Source of the DNA: Candidatus Woesearchaeota archaeon
Lineage (GTDB): Archaea; Nanobdellota; Nanobdellia; Woesearchaeales; JAZDKJ01
Length of the DNA: 64,000 nucleotides
Assembly: GCA_043803105.1 (NCBI GenBank)
Contig: JAZDKJ010000008.1
Coordinates: forward strand, 32,001-96,000
Direction: 5' to 3'
Part shown: in pieces, positions 30,149 through 40,756 of the stretch
Numbering within the stretch: the stretch's first letter is position 1
How the letters are laid out: every line of letters begins with the position of its first letter
Position numbers and translations under genes: made by a program
Notes under the pieces: model-generated
Told to the model about the DNA's origin: nothing
Seen by the model: only the letters and a program-made list of their open reading frames with translations
Databases searched by the model: none

Positions 30149-32241
30149 GTTATCTTTGGAGCCAAAAGCTGCCTGTACGAATTGGAATAATCGCCTATCC
30201 TGCTAATCTGGTCAAGGTCTTCTATAACGCGGTCCTGCTCTGGAACATCAGCCAGGTCGACCTCTATCACGTAAAAGGTTATCTTCTTCTTGGAAAGGTC
30301 AGAAAATGTATAGTTAGCTACGATACCGCCAACAGGAGCAGGGGCATCTATTGTCATAAGTTCCTGAGGGACATAGAAACAATTGCTTGTCAAGAGTGAG
30401 TTTTCGCACCGCTTTTGAGGCCTGAAAATAATAGGCTGGTTCAAAAGCAGGCTAGCCTGGACAGAATAGGCACCGGGCGCAAGAGAAATCTCCTGTGGTG
30501 AATTGTTGAACTGCACAAGGAGAGAGTATTGTTCCTCACCAAGGGTTCCTAGCCTTTGCAGGTTCAAGGTGCCCCACTCGTCATTATCAAGGCCAACAGG
30601 ATTATCCCGCAACACCCATTTGCCAGCAGACTTCACAAGCTTATATTGCTGGACAGAAAGCTCAAGTGTAACCATTGGAACAAGCTCGAAAGTAAGAGAA
30701 TCCTGCTTTCCAATCTCTGTTGACAAGAACTTTGACTGCGAGACAAAACCTTCAGAAAGCACAGAAACCACACCGCCTAAACAGACAGGGAACTGGGCTT
30801 TAATGATACCGGATGAGGTCTTGCCAAGCGAGCAGCTTTCCTCAGCACAGCTGTAAGTAATCTGGGCTGCGTCGACAGGTGATTTATCATTTGCATTTTT
30901 CACAGCAATCGTGATGTTTCCTGAGTTTCTCTTGTCAGGATCACAAAACATGGAGGATTCTGAAGGCACAATACTGGACAATGGAACATAGGTGGTGTTG
31001 AGAGGCTCGTTTGCCCGGATGTTGCCTTCAAGAAAAAACTGGAATATGTAACCGCGATTATTCAATGCCTTAGGATCACTGATTGCCACAAGAACAGGAA
31101 ATGAGACATCATAAAGGAAATTATACCTTTGCACTCCAATAAGACTCACAATGTTGGATGAGGCAGACTCGTGACCACAGACATCGCCGTTGCAGTTAAG
31201 GCTAAAGTAAATCGGCCAGACAGGAAGGTAATTGAACTCGACAGCAAGGCTGGGAAAGGTCTTTTCTGAACGGACAAGCATTCCACTATTGTAAAGGGTT
31301 TCCCTGAAAGCATCTCCTGTTATAACAACAGGATGGTAGTTCATTGATTGGTAGACCTGAAGAGCGGGAATGTCGCGCACAAGGAGGTCTTGCACAAGAG
31401 ACTTAACCTTGGATTGGGACCAGAACTTGCCAGAACCAAACTCAAAATCGGTAGCGGCCATTGGGGGAAGCTTGCTCTCGTCAACTCCAGAATAGCCAAC
31501 AATAAGGTTGAGCAGGTCCTTTTCGAGGAACTTGTAATGAGCTTCCAATTCTGTAATGACTGAAGCCTGCTCATAAATCGACCTTAGGTCTACGGGAATC
31601 CTGAGGAAGAACTCATTCATATCATGCGAATTCCCATCCTTGGTTATCTTCAAAGGATAGTTCACGAAGAAACCAACATCCTTGCTGTAGACACTCGTTG
31701 TTGTCTTAATAGGACCAGACTGTTCAATTGTAAAACCCTGGAAAAGTGAGCTTGAGGCAAGGCAGTCAGCAAGATGAGAGTTCATGTATTCGTCAAGTTG
31801 GCCTTCAATAGATGGCTCGCCTTCGCTCCTGTAAAGATGGGGCCGATTGTAAGAGAACTCGCAGTTCATTGTGCAGGCATTATCACTCTTGAGAAAAAAC
31901 CAATAAGGAGAAACCAAACCTGAGCCTGGGACAAACTCAACAGCAGAAGCACTAGTGGGCTGCAGAGGATTTGTCAGCAAGCCAGATTGCATGGGGTTGA
32001 TGTAGCCTCCACCTAGCCCGATTTTTCTTAAGGCTTCCTCACCATAGCGGGCAATGCAGCTCTCTACGTAAGCGCTGATTGGCTGGAACTCAAGAGGAAC
32101 CTCTTTTACTGTGGGAATCTGTTCCTGTTCAAGGGTTGAAGTTGTGCGAAGGCTGTAGAAATAAAAGACAGTCGCGAAGAGAATCAACAGAACAAGTCCA
32201 AGAATGATGAATACTGTAATCTGCCCTTTCCTCTGCAACAT
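30145..32241 (-). CDS. Large class III signal peptide protein (paralogue of 20246-22183)
   Basis: MLQRKG/QITVFIILGL; start reassigned to ATG 32241, which follows GAGGA. Confidence 0.8.
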   Translation of the reverse strand: MLQRKGQITVFIILGLVLLILFATVFYFYSLRTTSTLEQEQIPTVKEVPLEFQPISAYVESCIARYGEEALRKIGLGGGYINPMQSGLLTNPLQPTSASAVEFVPGSGLVSPYWFFLKSDNACTMNCEFSYNRPHLYRSEGEPSIEGQLDEYMNSHLADCLASSSLFQGFTIEQSGPIKTTTSVYSKDVGFFVNYPLKITKDGNSHDMNEFFLRIPVDLRSIYEQASVITELEAHYKFLEKDLLNLIVGYSGVDESKLPPMAATDFEFGSGKFWSQSKVKSLVQDLLVRDIPALQVYQSMNYHPVVITGDAFRETLYNSGMLVRSEKTFPSLAVEFNYLPVWPIYFSLNCNGDVCGHESASSNIVSLIGVQRYNFLYDVSFPVLVAISDPKALNNRGYIFQFFLEGNIRANEPLNTTYVPLSSIVPSESSMFCDPDKRNSGNITIAVKNANDKSPVDAAQITYSCAEESCSLGKTSSGIIKAQFPVCLGGVVSVLSEGFVSQSKFLSTEIGKQDSLTFELVPMVTLELSVQQYKLVKSAGKWVLRDNPVGLDNDEWGTLNLQRLGTLGEEQYSLLVQFNNSPQEISLAPGAYSVQASLLLNQPIIFRPQKRCENSLLTSNCFYVPQELMTIDAPAPVGGIVANYTFSDLSKKKITFYVIEVDLADVPEQDRVIEDLDQISRIGDYSNSYRQLLAPKIT

Positions 32242-32401
32242 GTCAATCCTCGTTTTTTTTTGCGGCCAGCAAATCAGCAATAAACTGGCCTAGAGCCCTT
32301 TTTGTAAACCTGTATAAAGACTATATATAAAGGTTTTGATTAGTTTGGGCGATAAAGACACTTTGAAAAAATTTATAAAGAGGCACATCAACCGCTGAGG
32401 T

Positions 32402-33463
32402 ATGGTAAGCCTCGGACCTTTAAGCTTTTTAACCAAATATGACCTGTTAGCCGCATTGGTGATCCTTGCATTGTCTTTCGTTGTGTCAAAGCTTGTAAAC
32501 CTAATAGTTGCAGAACTCGTGCACCACTTTGCAAAAAGAACCAAGACAACACTTGACGATGAAATACTGCATGCGATAAAGAGGCCGATATTCTTCTCAG
32601 TACTCTTGCTTGGGCTTTACCTTGCAGTTGAGACAGTTAGTTTCCTTGCGCCCTACAAAGCAACATTTGACAGGATTGCCGCAGTGCTTGGCATTGCAAT
32701 GCTTTTCTATGCATTGGTAAGGGTTGTGAACGGGCTTTTCCACTGGTACACACTTGACGTTACGAAGCGGACAAAGACTGAAGTCGACGACAAATACATA
32801 GTGATAGTGAAAAGAGTTCTTGACATTGTCATATATATCATAGCAGCGCTTGTGATCCTTAGGTATTTTGGAGTTGAGATAACACCCATCCTCGCAAGCC
32901 TGGGCATTGGCGGACTTGCTGTGGCGTTGGCGCTACAAGACACGCTTGCCAACTTTTTTGCAGGATTCTATACACTTACTGAGAAATCGATAAGAGTGGG
33001 GGACTTCATAGAACTGGAGAATGGGTTAAAGGGCTATGTCGATGACATCACCTGGAGAACAACAAGGATCAAGACACTCACTGACAACTTTGTGATAATT
33101 CCAAATTCCAAACTGGCACAATCCGTAACCACAAATTATTCGCTCGGCAGGACAGAGACTGCAATAAGCATACCGGTAGGGATATCTTATGATAGTGACC
33201 TGGAAGCGGCAGAGAAGGTTGCAATGCAAGTGGCCAAGGATGTGCAGGAACACCAGGAGAGGGCGGTTAAAGACCATGTGCCTTCGGTGAGATTCACTGA
33301 GTTTGGCGAGAGCACAATAAATTTCAATGTCAACCTTAAGGTACGCAAGTATAGCGACCAGTTCATCGTAAGGCACGAATTCATCAAGCAACTGAAAAAA
33401 GCCTTTGAAAAGAAAAAGTTAGAGTTCGCGTTCCCAACCAGGATAGTGTACATTCGCAAATAA
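32402..33463 (+). CDS. mscS: Small-conductance mechanosensitive channel
   Basis: LGIGGLAVALALQDTLANFFAG, IRVGDFI, IIPNS and FAFPTR. Confidence 0.95.
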   Translation: MVSLGPLSFLTKYDLLAALVILALSFVVSKLVNLIVAELVHHFAKRTKTTLDDEILHAIKRPIFFSVLLLGLYLAVETVSFLAPYKATFDRIAAVLGIAMLFYALVRVVNGLFHWYTLDVTKRTKTEVDDKYIVIVKRVLDIVIYIIAALVILRYFGVEITPILASLGIGGLAVALALQDTLANFFAGFYTLTEKSIRVGDFIELENGLKGYVDDITWRTTRIKTLTDNFVIIPNSKLAQSVTTNYSLGRTETAISIPVGISYDSDLEAAEKVAMQVAKDVQEHQERAVKDHVPSVRFTEFGESTINFNVNLKVRKYSDQFIVRHEFIKQLKKAFEKKKLEFAFPTRIVYIRK

Positions 33464-33523
33464 TTGATGTAGCACAGATATTCTTAAAAGTGTCTATGGC
33501 TTATATGCGACCGAGGTGATTGA

Positions 33524-33877
33524 ATGAGATGGATTATTCTTGCAGTTATTTTTGGACTGTGGCTCGGTCAGATTGGGATGATTCGGTACGAGCAACAAGC
33601 AAGGGCCGGGGATGAATTAGTTGTGCACGTAAATGCTGTCAACAATGGTGGGCACTTTTTGGAGAATGTGAAGGTAAGGCTCTATATTCCTGAACTTGGG
33701 ATCATTCGGAGCATATCAGGATTTGAACTGGATCGCGAAGAAAAGGCTGGAAGGTACATATCAATGGAAATACCACCCGGAACAGGAGCCGGGGACTATC
33801 TTATGATAGTGCAAGCGAGCAACAGGGATGATGTGAATTTCAGGGCAAGAGAATACAGGTATTTCACAGTAATCTGA
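33524..33877 (+). CDS. Small secreted Ig-like (CARDB-like) protein
   Basis: GAGGTGA SD, hydrophobic N-terminus, beta-sandwich pattern (IPPGTGAGDYLM). Confidence 0.6.
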   Translation: MRWIILAVIFGLWLGQIGMIRYEQQARAGDELVVHVNAVNNGGHFLENVKVRLYIPELGIIRSISGFELDREEKAGRYISMEIPPGTGAGDYLMIVQASNRDDVNFRAREYRYFTVI

Positions 33878-33963
33878 ATCCGCAATTTCGAATAAAATCA
33901 TATCCTGTTAGAAACTTTTATATACCAGTTGCCTGTTTCGTATATTCTCGACGGAGGTTTCAA

Positions 33964-34761
33964 ATGAGGAAGATCTGCATAGTAAACCAGAAAGGCGGAG
34001 TTGCAAAATCGACGACAGCAATAAACCTGGCTGCGGGGCTAGCACTCGCAGGAAAAAAGGTGCTACTCCTTGACCTTGACCCTCAAGGCCACGTGGCAAC
34101 ATATTTTCCTATAAAAGAGTACAAAAAGAACATGTACGACCTTCTCACAAACGGCGCGTCAGCAGAAGAATGCATATACACAGTCGGCACAAACCTTGAC
34201 GTAATAATCTCTAGCAAGGAAATGCGTGGAGCAGAGCCAATACTATACAAAAAAGCAGACGGGGCAGGGGTATTACTGGCAAAACTAGAAAAGGTAAAGG
34301 GATATGATTATGTCATATCAGACAGCCCGCCCTCAGTAGGGATTCTAAGCCAGAATGCGATGCTATTTGCAGACGAGGCAATTATACCCACAACAGCAGA
34401 TCCTTTAGGCCTGGATGGAATGAAAAAGATGATACGCACGATAACAGAGTTCAACGAGCACTCAGGGCATAAGCTGAAGATAAGCAGGATAGTGCCTACA
34501 ATGTTCGACAAGAGAAACAAGATATGCAAGACAGTCTACGACGAGATGAGAAACGAATATTATGAACTTGTATCTGAGCCGATAAGCATAAACTCAAAAC
34601 TCAAGGAAGCGCCGAGGGCAATGAAATCAATATTCACTTATGCGCCGACCTCAAGCGGGGCACTCGATTACAAAAGACTTGTTGAGTCTGTCATAAGCGA
34701 AGAGCCATTGTGTGAGAGGCATAGGGTAAGCGAAAGAAAGACTGTAAAACTCACTGTGTAA
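33964..34761 (+). CDS. ParA/Soj/MinD family ATPase
   Basis: NQKGGVAKST deviant Walker A, DLDPQG, DSPPS and PTMFDKR. Confidence 0.93.
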   Translation: MRKICIVNQKGGVAKSTTAINLAAGLALAGKKVLLLDLDPQGHVATYFPIKEYKKNMYDLLTNGASAEECIYTVGTNLDVIISSKEMRGAEPILYKKADGAGVLLAKLEKVKGYDYVISDSPPSVGILSQNAMLFADEAIIPTTADPLGLDGMKKMIRTITEFNEHSGHKLKISRIVPTMFDKRNKICKTVYDEMRNEYYELVSEPISINSKLKEAPRAMKSIFTYAPTSSGALDYKRLVESVISEEPLCERHRVSERKTVKLTV

Positions 34762-34797
34762 GAAGTGTTTTATACCTGAGGCTTTTTCTTTTTTGTT

Positions 34798-35826
34798 ATG
34801 AGCATAAGAGAAGGCAGAGGCATAATTTCCGGAACAAAGGAAGAAAAGGTCACCTCGAGGATGGAGGTCTTCTACAACCCTGTGATGAAACACAACAGGG
34901 ACGTGTCAGTAATGGTCCTTAAGACAATAGGCGGCAAGATGCTTAAAATATGCCTGCCTTTGGAAGCGAGCGGAATTCGCGGGATCAGATTCTTCAAAGA
35001 ACTTCCGAAAGGAATGATAGAGAAAATCTATTTCAACGACCACAACGAAAAAGCTGTAAAGGCAATCAAGGCAAACCTGAAATTAAACAAGATAAAGACA
35101 AGATATGAGATATCCTGCCAGGACGCAAACCTTTTCATGCGAACAGGACAAGGTTTTGATTACATAGACATAGACCCGTTTGGAACACCTAACCCATTCT
35201 TGGATTCTGCAATACAAGCGATAAGCAGGAACGGGATAATTGCCGTAACTGCGACAGACACAGCAGCACTTTGCGGTACAAGCGAAAAAGCCTGCCTGAG
35301 AAAATACTGGGCAAAGCCGATGCACGATAGTTGCATGCATGAAACTGGACTGAGGATACTCATACGCAAGGTGCAATTGATAGGGGCGCAGTACAGCAAG
35401 GCGCTCATACCGATGTACAGCTACAGCAAAGACCACTATATGAGAATTTTTTTCAAGGTCGTAAAGGGAAAGGAAGAGACAGAAAGAATCCTAAGCCAGC
35501 ACGACTATTTCAAAGGCTTTGGGCCAATGTGGATTGGCAGGCTATGGGACAAGGAACTGGCTAAAGAACTTGCAAAGCAAGATACAGACAAGGAATTAAG
35601 CAAAATGCTGATCGCAATTGAGGCTGAATCAAGGATTAACACAATTGGGTTTTATGACTTGCATGAAATATCTGGAAGGCTGAAACATGAGGTGCCAAAA
35701 ACAGAGGATTTGATGAAAAGCATCAGAAAGGCAGGACATAAGGCCACAATAACACATTTCTTGCCTTATGGGATCAGAAGCACAATCACTGAAAAGGAGC
35801 TTGCCAGAATAATTTCTAACCTATAG
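34798..35826 (+). CDS. trm1: tRNA (guanine26-N2)-dimethyltransferase
   Basis: VFYNPVM..NRD, ASGIRGIR, IDIDPFGTP, TATDTAALCG and HETGLRIL. Confidence 0.95.
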   Translation: MSIREGRGIISGTKEEKVTSRMEVFYNPVMKHNRDVSVMVLKTIGGKMLKICLPLEASGIRGIRFFKELPKGMIEKIYFNDHNEKAVKAIKANLKLNKIKTRYEISCQDANLFMRTGQGFDYIDIDPFGTPNPFLDSAIQAISRNGIIAVTATDTAALCGTSEKACLRKYWAKPMHDSCMHETGLRILIRKVQLIGAQYSKALIPMYSYSKDHYMRIFFKVVKGKEETERILSQHDYFKGFGPMWIGRLWDKELAKELAKQDTDKELSKMLIAIEAESRINTIGFYDLHEISGRLKHEVPKTEDLMKSIRKAGHKATITHFLPYGIRSTITEKELARIISNL

Positions 35827-36091
35827 CTCGCCTGACATCAGTAATCTCCACTGACTGTACCTGAGGAATTTTGGAAACACTTTCTTCAAGGGTTTCGGTT
35901 GAGCCGAGTGACTCATCCATCACAAAGATCAGGACCAGAGACTTCAGGCCGAAAGCGACAGGCTCGACGTCCACCTTGCCTACAGAGCCGCCAAACTCAG
36001 CTATCTCATGTGTAGCCTTAGACTCAATCTTTTTCAGATCAGCCGCAGGGCTATCAGGCATTATCTTCATAGAAACAACAACCTGTGCCAT
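35816..36091 (-). CDS. ef1b: Archaeal elongation factor 1-beta
   Basis: KIMPDSP...EPVAFGLKSL. Confidence 0.95.
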   Translation of the reverse strand: MAQVVVSMKIMPDSPAADLKKIESKATHEIAEFGGSVGKVDVEPVAFGLKSLVLIFVMDESLGSTETLEESVSKIPQVQSVEITDVRRAIG

Positions 36092-36092
36092 C

Positions 36093-36266
36093 TTAGTTTG
36101 GACCTACAAAGCCGCACAAGGGGCACTTGTACTTAACAACAATCTCACGGCAATGCTTGCATCTAACAATGGTAGACTTCATGCACTGAGGGCACTGGAA
36201 CTTTGCAGTGCCAGCAAGATTAGTTATATCTCTTGAGCACGATGTGCAAACCGCTTGTTCAGACAT
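36093..36266 (-). CDS. Zinc-ribbon small protein (DUF1610/HVO_2753-like; 57 aa, not in ORF track)
   Basis: Hand translation MSEQAVCTSC...FQCPQC...RCKHCR...YKCPLCGFVGPN; conserved position upstream of aEF-1beta. Confidence 0.9.
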   Translation of the reverse strand: MSEQAVCTSCSRDITNLAGTAKFQCPQCMKSTIVRCKHCREIVVKYKCPLCGFVGPN

Positions 36267-36367
36267 GTTCAATTGAGAAACTACAGGCTTTTTAAAAAGG
36301 TTGCGGTCTATGCAACATGCGGGCGGAAGACAAAAGATTTAAAAACTAGGCACACTGATAAGAAAGC

Positions 36368-38059
36368 ATGGCACTTACCATACAACCGCCAAAGCCTCCT
36401 TCACAGAAACCAGAAAGGCAAGAATTCACTTTTTCTGTAGCACCAGCGAAACTCGACCAAAAATATGATGCTGAAGAGAAATTCATCGCAACACGAAAGG
36501 AAGACCTGGAAAAGAGAGAACAAGTAATCAAACTAAGGGAAGAAGCTTACAAGAGGGAAATAGCAGACGTGGAGGACAGCCGCAAAAGGCTTGATGCTGA
36601 AATCCAAGAGCGTAGAATCTTCCTTCAAAACATGGAAAGGGAACTTGGAGAGAAGCAGGAACTGCTTTGGCAAAAAGAGCAGACACTCCAAAAAAAGGAG
36701 AAACTGCTGAAGGATACAGGCAACCTCAAGGATGCATACCTAAAAACAGAAATATCTGCGCTAAGAGAAAAAGCAGGTTTGCCAGGAATGGATGAAACGC
36801 TTAAAACCAAGGCAGACCTGTTGAAAAGGAAAGAGGAGCTCTTGAAGAACTATGAGCAATCACTGAAGGAATTCGCAAATTCATCAAGCGCGAAGGCAGA
36901 TGAGTCACTAAACGAAGACCTCCGCAAGCACATGGAGATGCTGCAGACAGGTCATGATACAATACAGGACAGGCAGACGGCACTAAACAGAATCGAGAAA
37001 GACCTTGAAGATAAAGAGGCAAGAATAAGCAAACAAGAGAACCAGCTAAATCAGATAAGATCATTGCTCGAAGCAAAGGAGACTGAGCTCTCCAAGAAAG
37101 AAGGGCTCCTAAGGGAACACTTTGAGAACATGGAACATGACAACACTGAGCAGGAGAGTAGCAAACTAGAAACTCCAAGACCGCAAGAGCTCACAGGAGA
37201 GAGACTGCCTGAAACCATCGCAAAACTTGGCAAGATCAGGGAAGAATGGGAAATCAAGGAAGGTATGCTAAAAGAGAAATCAGCAAGGGTGCTAGAAGAC
37301 AAGGTAAAGGTGGAACGAATGCTCGAGAAAATCGAGGCGGATGTTTCACTATTAGATGGAAAAGAGGAGGACATATTGCAGAAAATAGACACTCTCGAAC
37401 GAGACAAAAAGCTGCTGGACAAGGAAGAGGAACAGATAATTGCGAAGGTAAGAAAGCTTGAATTTGCAGAGGAGGGGCTGAAGAAAAGAGAGGCGACAGT
37501 AAAAGAGTTTGAAAGAACAATAGGGAAAGAGGAGCAAAGAATCACAGAAGCTGCAAAAAAGGTAGACAATGCCAAGGAATACCAAAAGGAGATACCCAAG
37601 CTTGAGAGGCACTACAACAAACTCAGAAAGCAATACCTGAAGATAGAGGAGGAGGCACTCGCAAAGAGCGCGATGATAAAGAGAGAGCATGAGACACTTA
37701 CCCAGAAAGAAACAGACCTCGAAGCAAGGGAGATAATACTAAAGCAGAAAGAGAGCCAGCTCATAAGCGAGGAGTATGAACTAATACACGCCAAGGAAAC
37801 GCTTGAAAAGGGAATACTGCACGACTATGCGCCAACAGAAATGATTGGCACGCCAGTAAATGATACGATACAGTATGCAAAGATGCAGGCATTGGTTAAC
37901 AAGGCCAGGGACGATATTTCCAAAGGCGCATTGGATGAGGCAAAACGCACGGTTGATGCAATAGAGAACCTGATGCAGAGCATGCAGGAAGGGGAAAAGA
38001 GACAGCTTGTCTATGACCTGATGGAATTGAAAACAGACATAAGGCTTGCAACGCTTTAG
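36368..38059 (+). CDS. Long coiled-coil protein of unknown function
   Basis: E/K/L-rich heptads throughout; no TM helix or Walker motif. Confidence 0.75.
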   Translation: MALTIQPPKPPSQKPERQEFTFSVAPAKLDQKYDAEEKFIATRKEDLEKREQVIKLREEAYKREIADVEDSRKRLDAEIQERRIFLQNMERELGEKQELLWQKEQTLQKKEKLLKDTGNLKDAYLKTEISALREKAGLPGMDETLKTKADLLKRKEELLKNYEQSLKEFANSSSAKADESLNEDLRKHMEMLQTGHDTIQDRQTALNRIEKDLEDKEARISKQENQLNQIRSLLEAKETELSKKEGLLREHFENMEHDNTEQESSKLETPRPQELTGERLPETIAKLGKIREEWEIKEGMLKEKSARVLEDKVKVERMLEKIEADVSLLDGKEEDILQKIDTLERDKKLLDKEEEQIIAKVRKLEFAEEGLKKREATVKEFERTIGKEEQRITEAAKKVDNAKEYQKEIPKLERHYNKLRKQYLKIEEEALAKSAMIKREHETLTQKETDLEAREIILKQKESQLISEEYELIHAKETLEKGILHDYAPTEMIGTPVNDTIQYAKMQALVNKARDDISKGALDEAKRTVDAIENLMQSMQEGEKRQLVYDLMELKTDIRLATL

Positions 38060-39111
38060 CAGGTCACAAGCCTGTCCTTGAAAGCAAAACGAACATCCAA
38101 GAATTTCTCGATAACATAAGCGTTCGTGCGGCAGTGAGGTGTTATTTCTGAAGTCAGGAAAGAGGCTTTTGGCGCAAAAACCAAAAAAGGCAGCAGCTGA
38201 TCTGCAAGAAAAGAATCAACAAGGCAGCCAGACTCTATCTGCTTTGAGAGGTTTGATGCAGCGAGCTTGCCAACAGACTCTGCAGAAACACCCTTCTTGC
38301 CAAGAGCGTCAGCACCAATGATGACAGGCCAAACACCATCATCCTCGAACTCTGCCCACAAAGTGATGCCTGAGCCAGGAGAGGCAGTATCATCATAACT
38401 GGCTGAAATATCTACCTTGCCAAAATGTTTCAAACTGGTTTGTGCAGAACTTGCCTGACGCTCCGCAACACTGCTTGACTTAAGGCTAAGCGAGGCATGA
38501 GAAATTCCCTTGATAGACTTAAGTTTGCCCCGATCAAGAGCAGAAAACGCAGGTATCGCCTTGTTTTTCAACAACTCAAGGAAATCACCGGCAGAGCCAA
38601 ATCTTGGCTTTATCGTGAGCTTAATCCTGCCCTGGCCCTTAGGATAATAGCCCCGACGCAATAGCTCGAGATCGAAAGAAGCAAAATGCCTGAGGTATGG
38701 CAAAAGAACGAACCGAAAGTAATCAACAGGCTGGCTCCATGGAACATCAGTGCCACCGGTAACAGAAATTGTGAAATCTTTAGCTGCAAAGCAAGAGGGC
38801 GAGAGAATGGACTGCATGAGCAAGGTTATAGAGCCTGCAGTGCCTATGTCGACAGAGATATCCTTTACAGACAGCTTAGCCGGCTCAAATGCAACGCTTG
38901 TTGAGCCCAAGGTTGCGCCAGAAACCGTTGCATTGCACAGCTCCTGTGCGGCCCTGACACAAGACAAATGCTGAGCCTGCAAACCAGGGTTGCAGCGGCC
39001 CTTCCTGATGTCGCGTATAGTAAAGGCTTTGCCTGTCAGGGATGACAAACCGAGACTTGTGCGAAGTATCTGGCCGCCACCTTCGAGAAAAGAACCGTCA
39101 ATCTCAATCAT
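38056..39111 (-). CDS. rtcA: RNA 3'-terminal phosphate cyclase
   Basis: DGSFLEGGGQILR, TAGSITL, GGTDV, RGYYPKG and ADQLLP. Confidence 0.95.
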   Translation of the reverse strand: MIEIDGSFLEGGGQILRTSLGLSSLTGKAFTIRDIRKGRCNPGLQAQHLSCVRAAQELCNATVSGATLGSTSVAFEPAKLSVKDISVDIGTAGSITLLMQSILSPSCFAAKDFTISVTGGTDVPWSQPVDYFRFVLLPYLRHFASFDLELLRRGYYPKGQGRIKLTIKPRFGSAGDFLELLKNKAIPAFSALDRGKLKSIKGISHASLSLKSSSVAERQASSAQTSLKHFGKVDISASYDDTASPGSGITLWAEFEDDGVWPVIIGADALGKKGVSAESVGKLAASNLSKQIESGCLVDSFLADQLLPFLVFAPKASFLTSEITPHCRTNAYVIEKFLDVRFAFKDRLVTC

Positions 39112-39193
39112 TTACTCGAATAAACGCTGCATCTTAAAAAAGGTTGCGGCTGCACAAGATTTAAATATTGAATTCTTACAGGACGCATCAACT

Positions 39194-40751
39194 GATGGAA
39201 ACCAGGCTTAACATACTATTGCAGACAAAAAAAGAGTTGGAAGACTTCAGGCGCTTTCTAGCAACACCGACAAAGGATGCGGCCAGAACAATAGAAGAAT
39301 TAGAATTAGAGCTCGAGGAACTCAAAAAAAGGTTCGCGAACCTAAGAGATTCATACCCAAGGGATGGGGAACTGTTCAGGATCATACAGTATTACATCGA
39401 TAAGCTAACCAATGTAAGGCTAGACCCAAACCAGGGGTTCCAAGTCCAAGCCTATGAGGAGATAGTCAAGAAAGATTTCTGGCAAATTGAGAGTGAACTC
39501 ATTCCCAAGCTTCAGAAAAACGACCTTGAGGAGAGAGTAAGCGCAGTGTACAAGCTTTTCATAGAAGGCTGCAGGCAAAGCAAGCTTTACCTTCACAGAT
39601 GCGAGTACATAGGAGAGACTATTGCCGATAGAAGAAGTTTCCACCTGTTTAATATAAGCACCTTCGAAGACACCACACTCAGCACGCAGATAATGATGAG
39701 CGAGGACGGAAAGGACTTCTTAGTCATAGGGTTCAGCGACTATTATATCTACAAAAGAAAACTTAGCGAGCAGGAAAAGGCGACAATGACGCGCAGAAAG
39801 TTCTTCTGGACAAGCTTTGCCGCACTCACGGGAGCATCGCTGTACCTACACGAAATGTATGTGAAAGACTATCTGCAGGGGACTGCGACAGTAATCGAGA
39901 TGGGAGTTGCTTTGGGGAGAGAGGGTTTAGAGGCAATTAACCTCCTCGCAAGGAAACATAGACTCGAGAGGGAACTTGACGAGCTACAAACAAAACAGAC
40001 TGAGGCACTCCAAGGCCAAATTGGATATGAAATAGAAGAGATAAGGCAATTACTTAGGCAAGGGCCTGGCGTGCGCGCAAGACTGGGGATAACAGCAGAC
40101 AAGTGGACACAGATAAGCTCCCCATTGTTCAGAAAGAGCCCTGTAGGCAAAATACCGAGTACACCAGGATTGTCAATCGGACACAAGATCAACAAATTCC
40201 TTTTTGGACTGAGCCAAAAGGCGCAAGGCAGGCACCAGGCAGATGACAAGATATATGCAGAGAATTTTGTCAAAATAACAACCGTAGAAGACGGCCTACT
40301 GAAGGGAATAAAGTACACAAAGGAAGAGCTGGCAAATCTCTTTGAAAAAGTTAACAAGACAAACAACCTGACTGTAGCAGAAAAACAGAAACTATTGTCA
40401 ATGATGGCAAGCTGGGAGCTCTTCCTAAAAGAGTACAAAAACGTCTCTGACCTGGACAGGCTTAACACGTCAAGACTGAAATCACAAGACCCTGCACTGC
40501 TGCACGTACAAAAGGAGATAGAGGAGATAGAGAGAAATCTAAGGAGCAACCCCCAATACATGGTGGCTTTAGAGAGATACAACAACAGGGACAGGCTGTT
40601 AAGCAGAATGAGCCCTTGGCTCGGTAGGGGAGCATCACTATACGTTTCATACAGGGCAGCAAAATGGGTAACATCAGGTGCAATGGTCACAAGAAGGGGA
40701 TTTTTGGGTATACAGAAAATATCAAACTTATTCAAGAAGAACGGGAGGTGA
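39194..40751 (+). CDS. Hypothetical coiled-coil/membrane protein with two internal RRxF motifs
   Basis: Long ORF; MTRRKFF followed by a hydrophobic helix mid-protein, and VTRRGFL near the C-terminus. Start is approximate. Confidence 0.65.
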
Positions 40752-40756
40752 GCGAG

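Noticed and set aside
13842-32241. Provirus or conjugative element explanation for the large-gene cluster
   Set aside because: No capsid, terminase, integrase, VirB4 or relaxase motifs, no att repeats seen, and composition similar to the flanking core genes.
33964-34761. ParA as a sign of a plasmid or provirus
   Set aside because: Flanked by housekeeping genes (mscS, trm1), with no parB, rep or integrase.
36368-38059. SMC/Rad50 or tape-measure protein
   Set aside because: No Walker motifs, hinge/hook or phage context; only a generic coiled coil.
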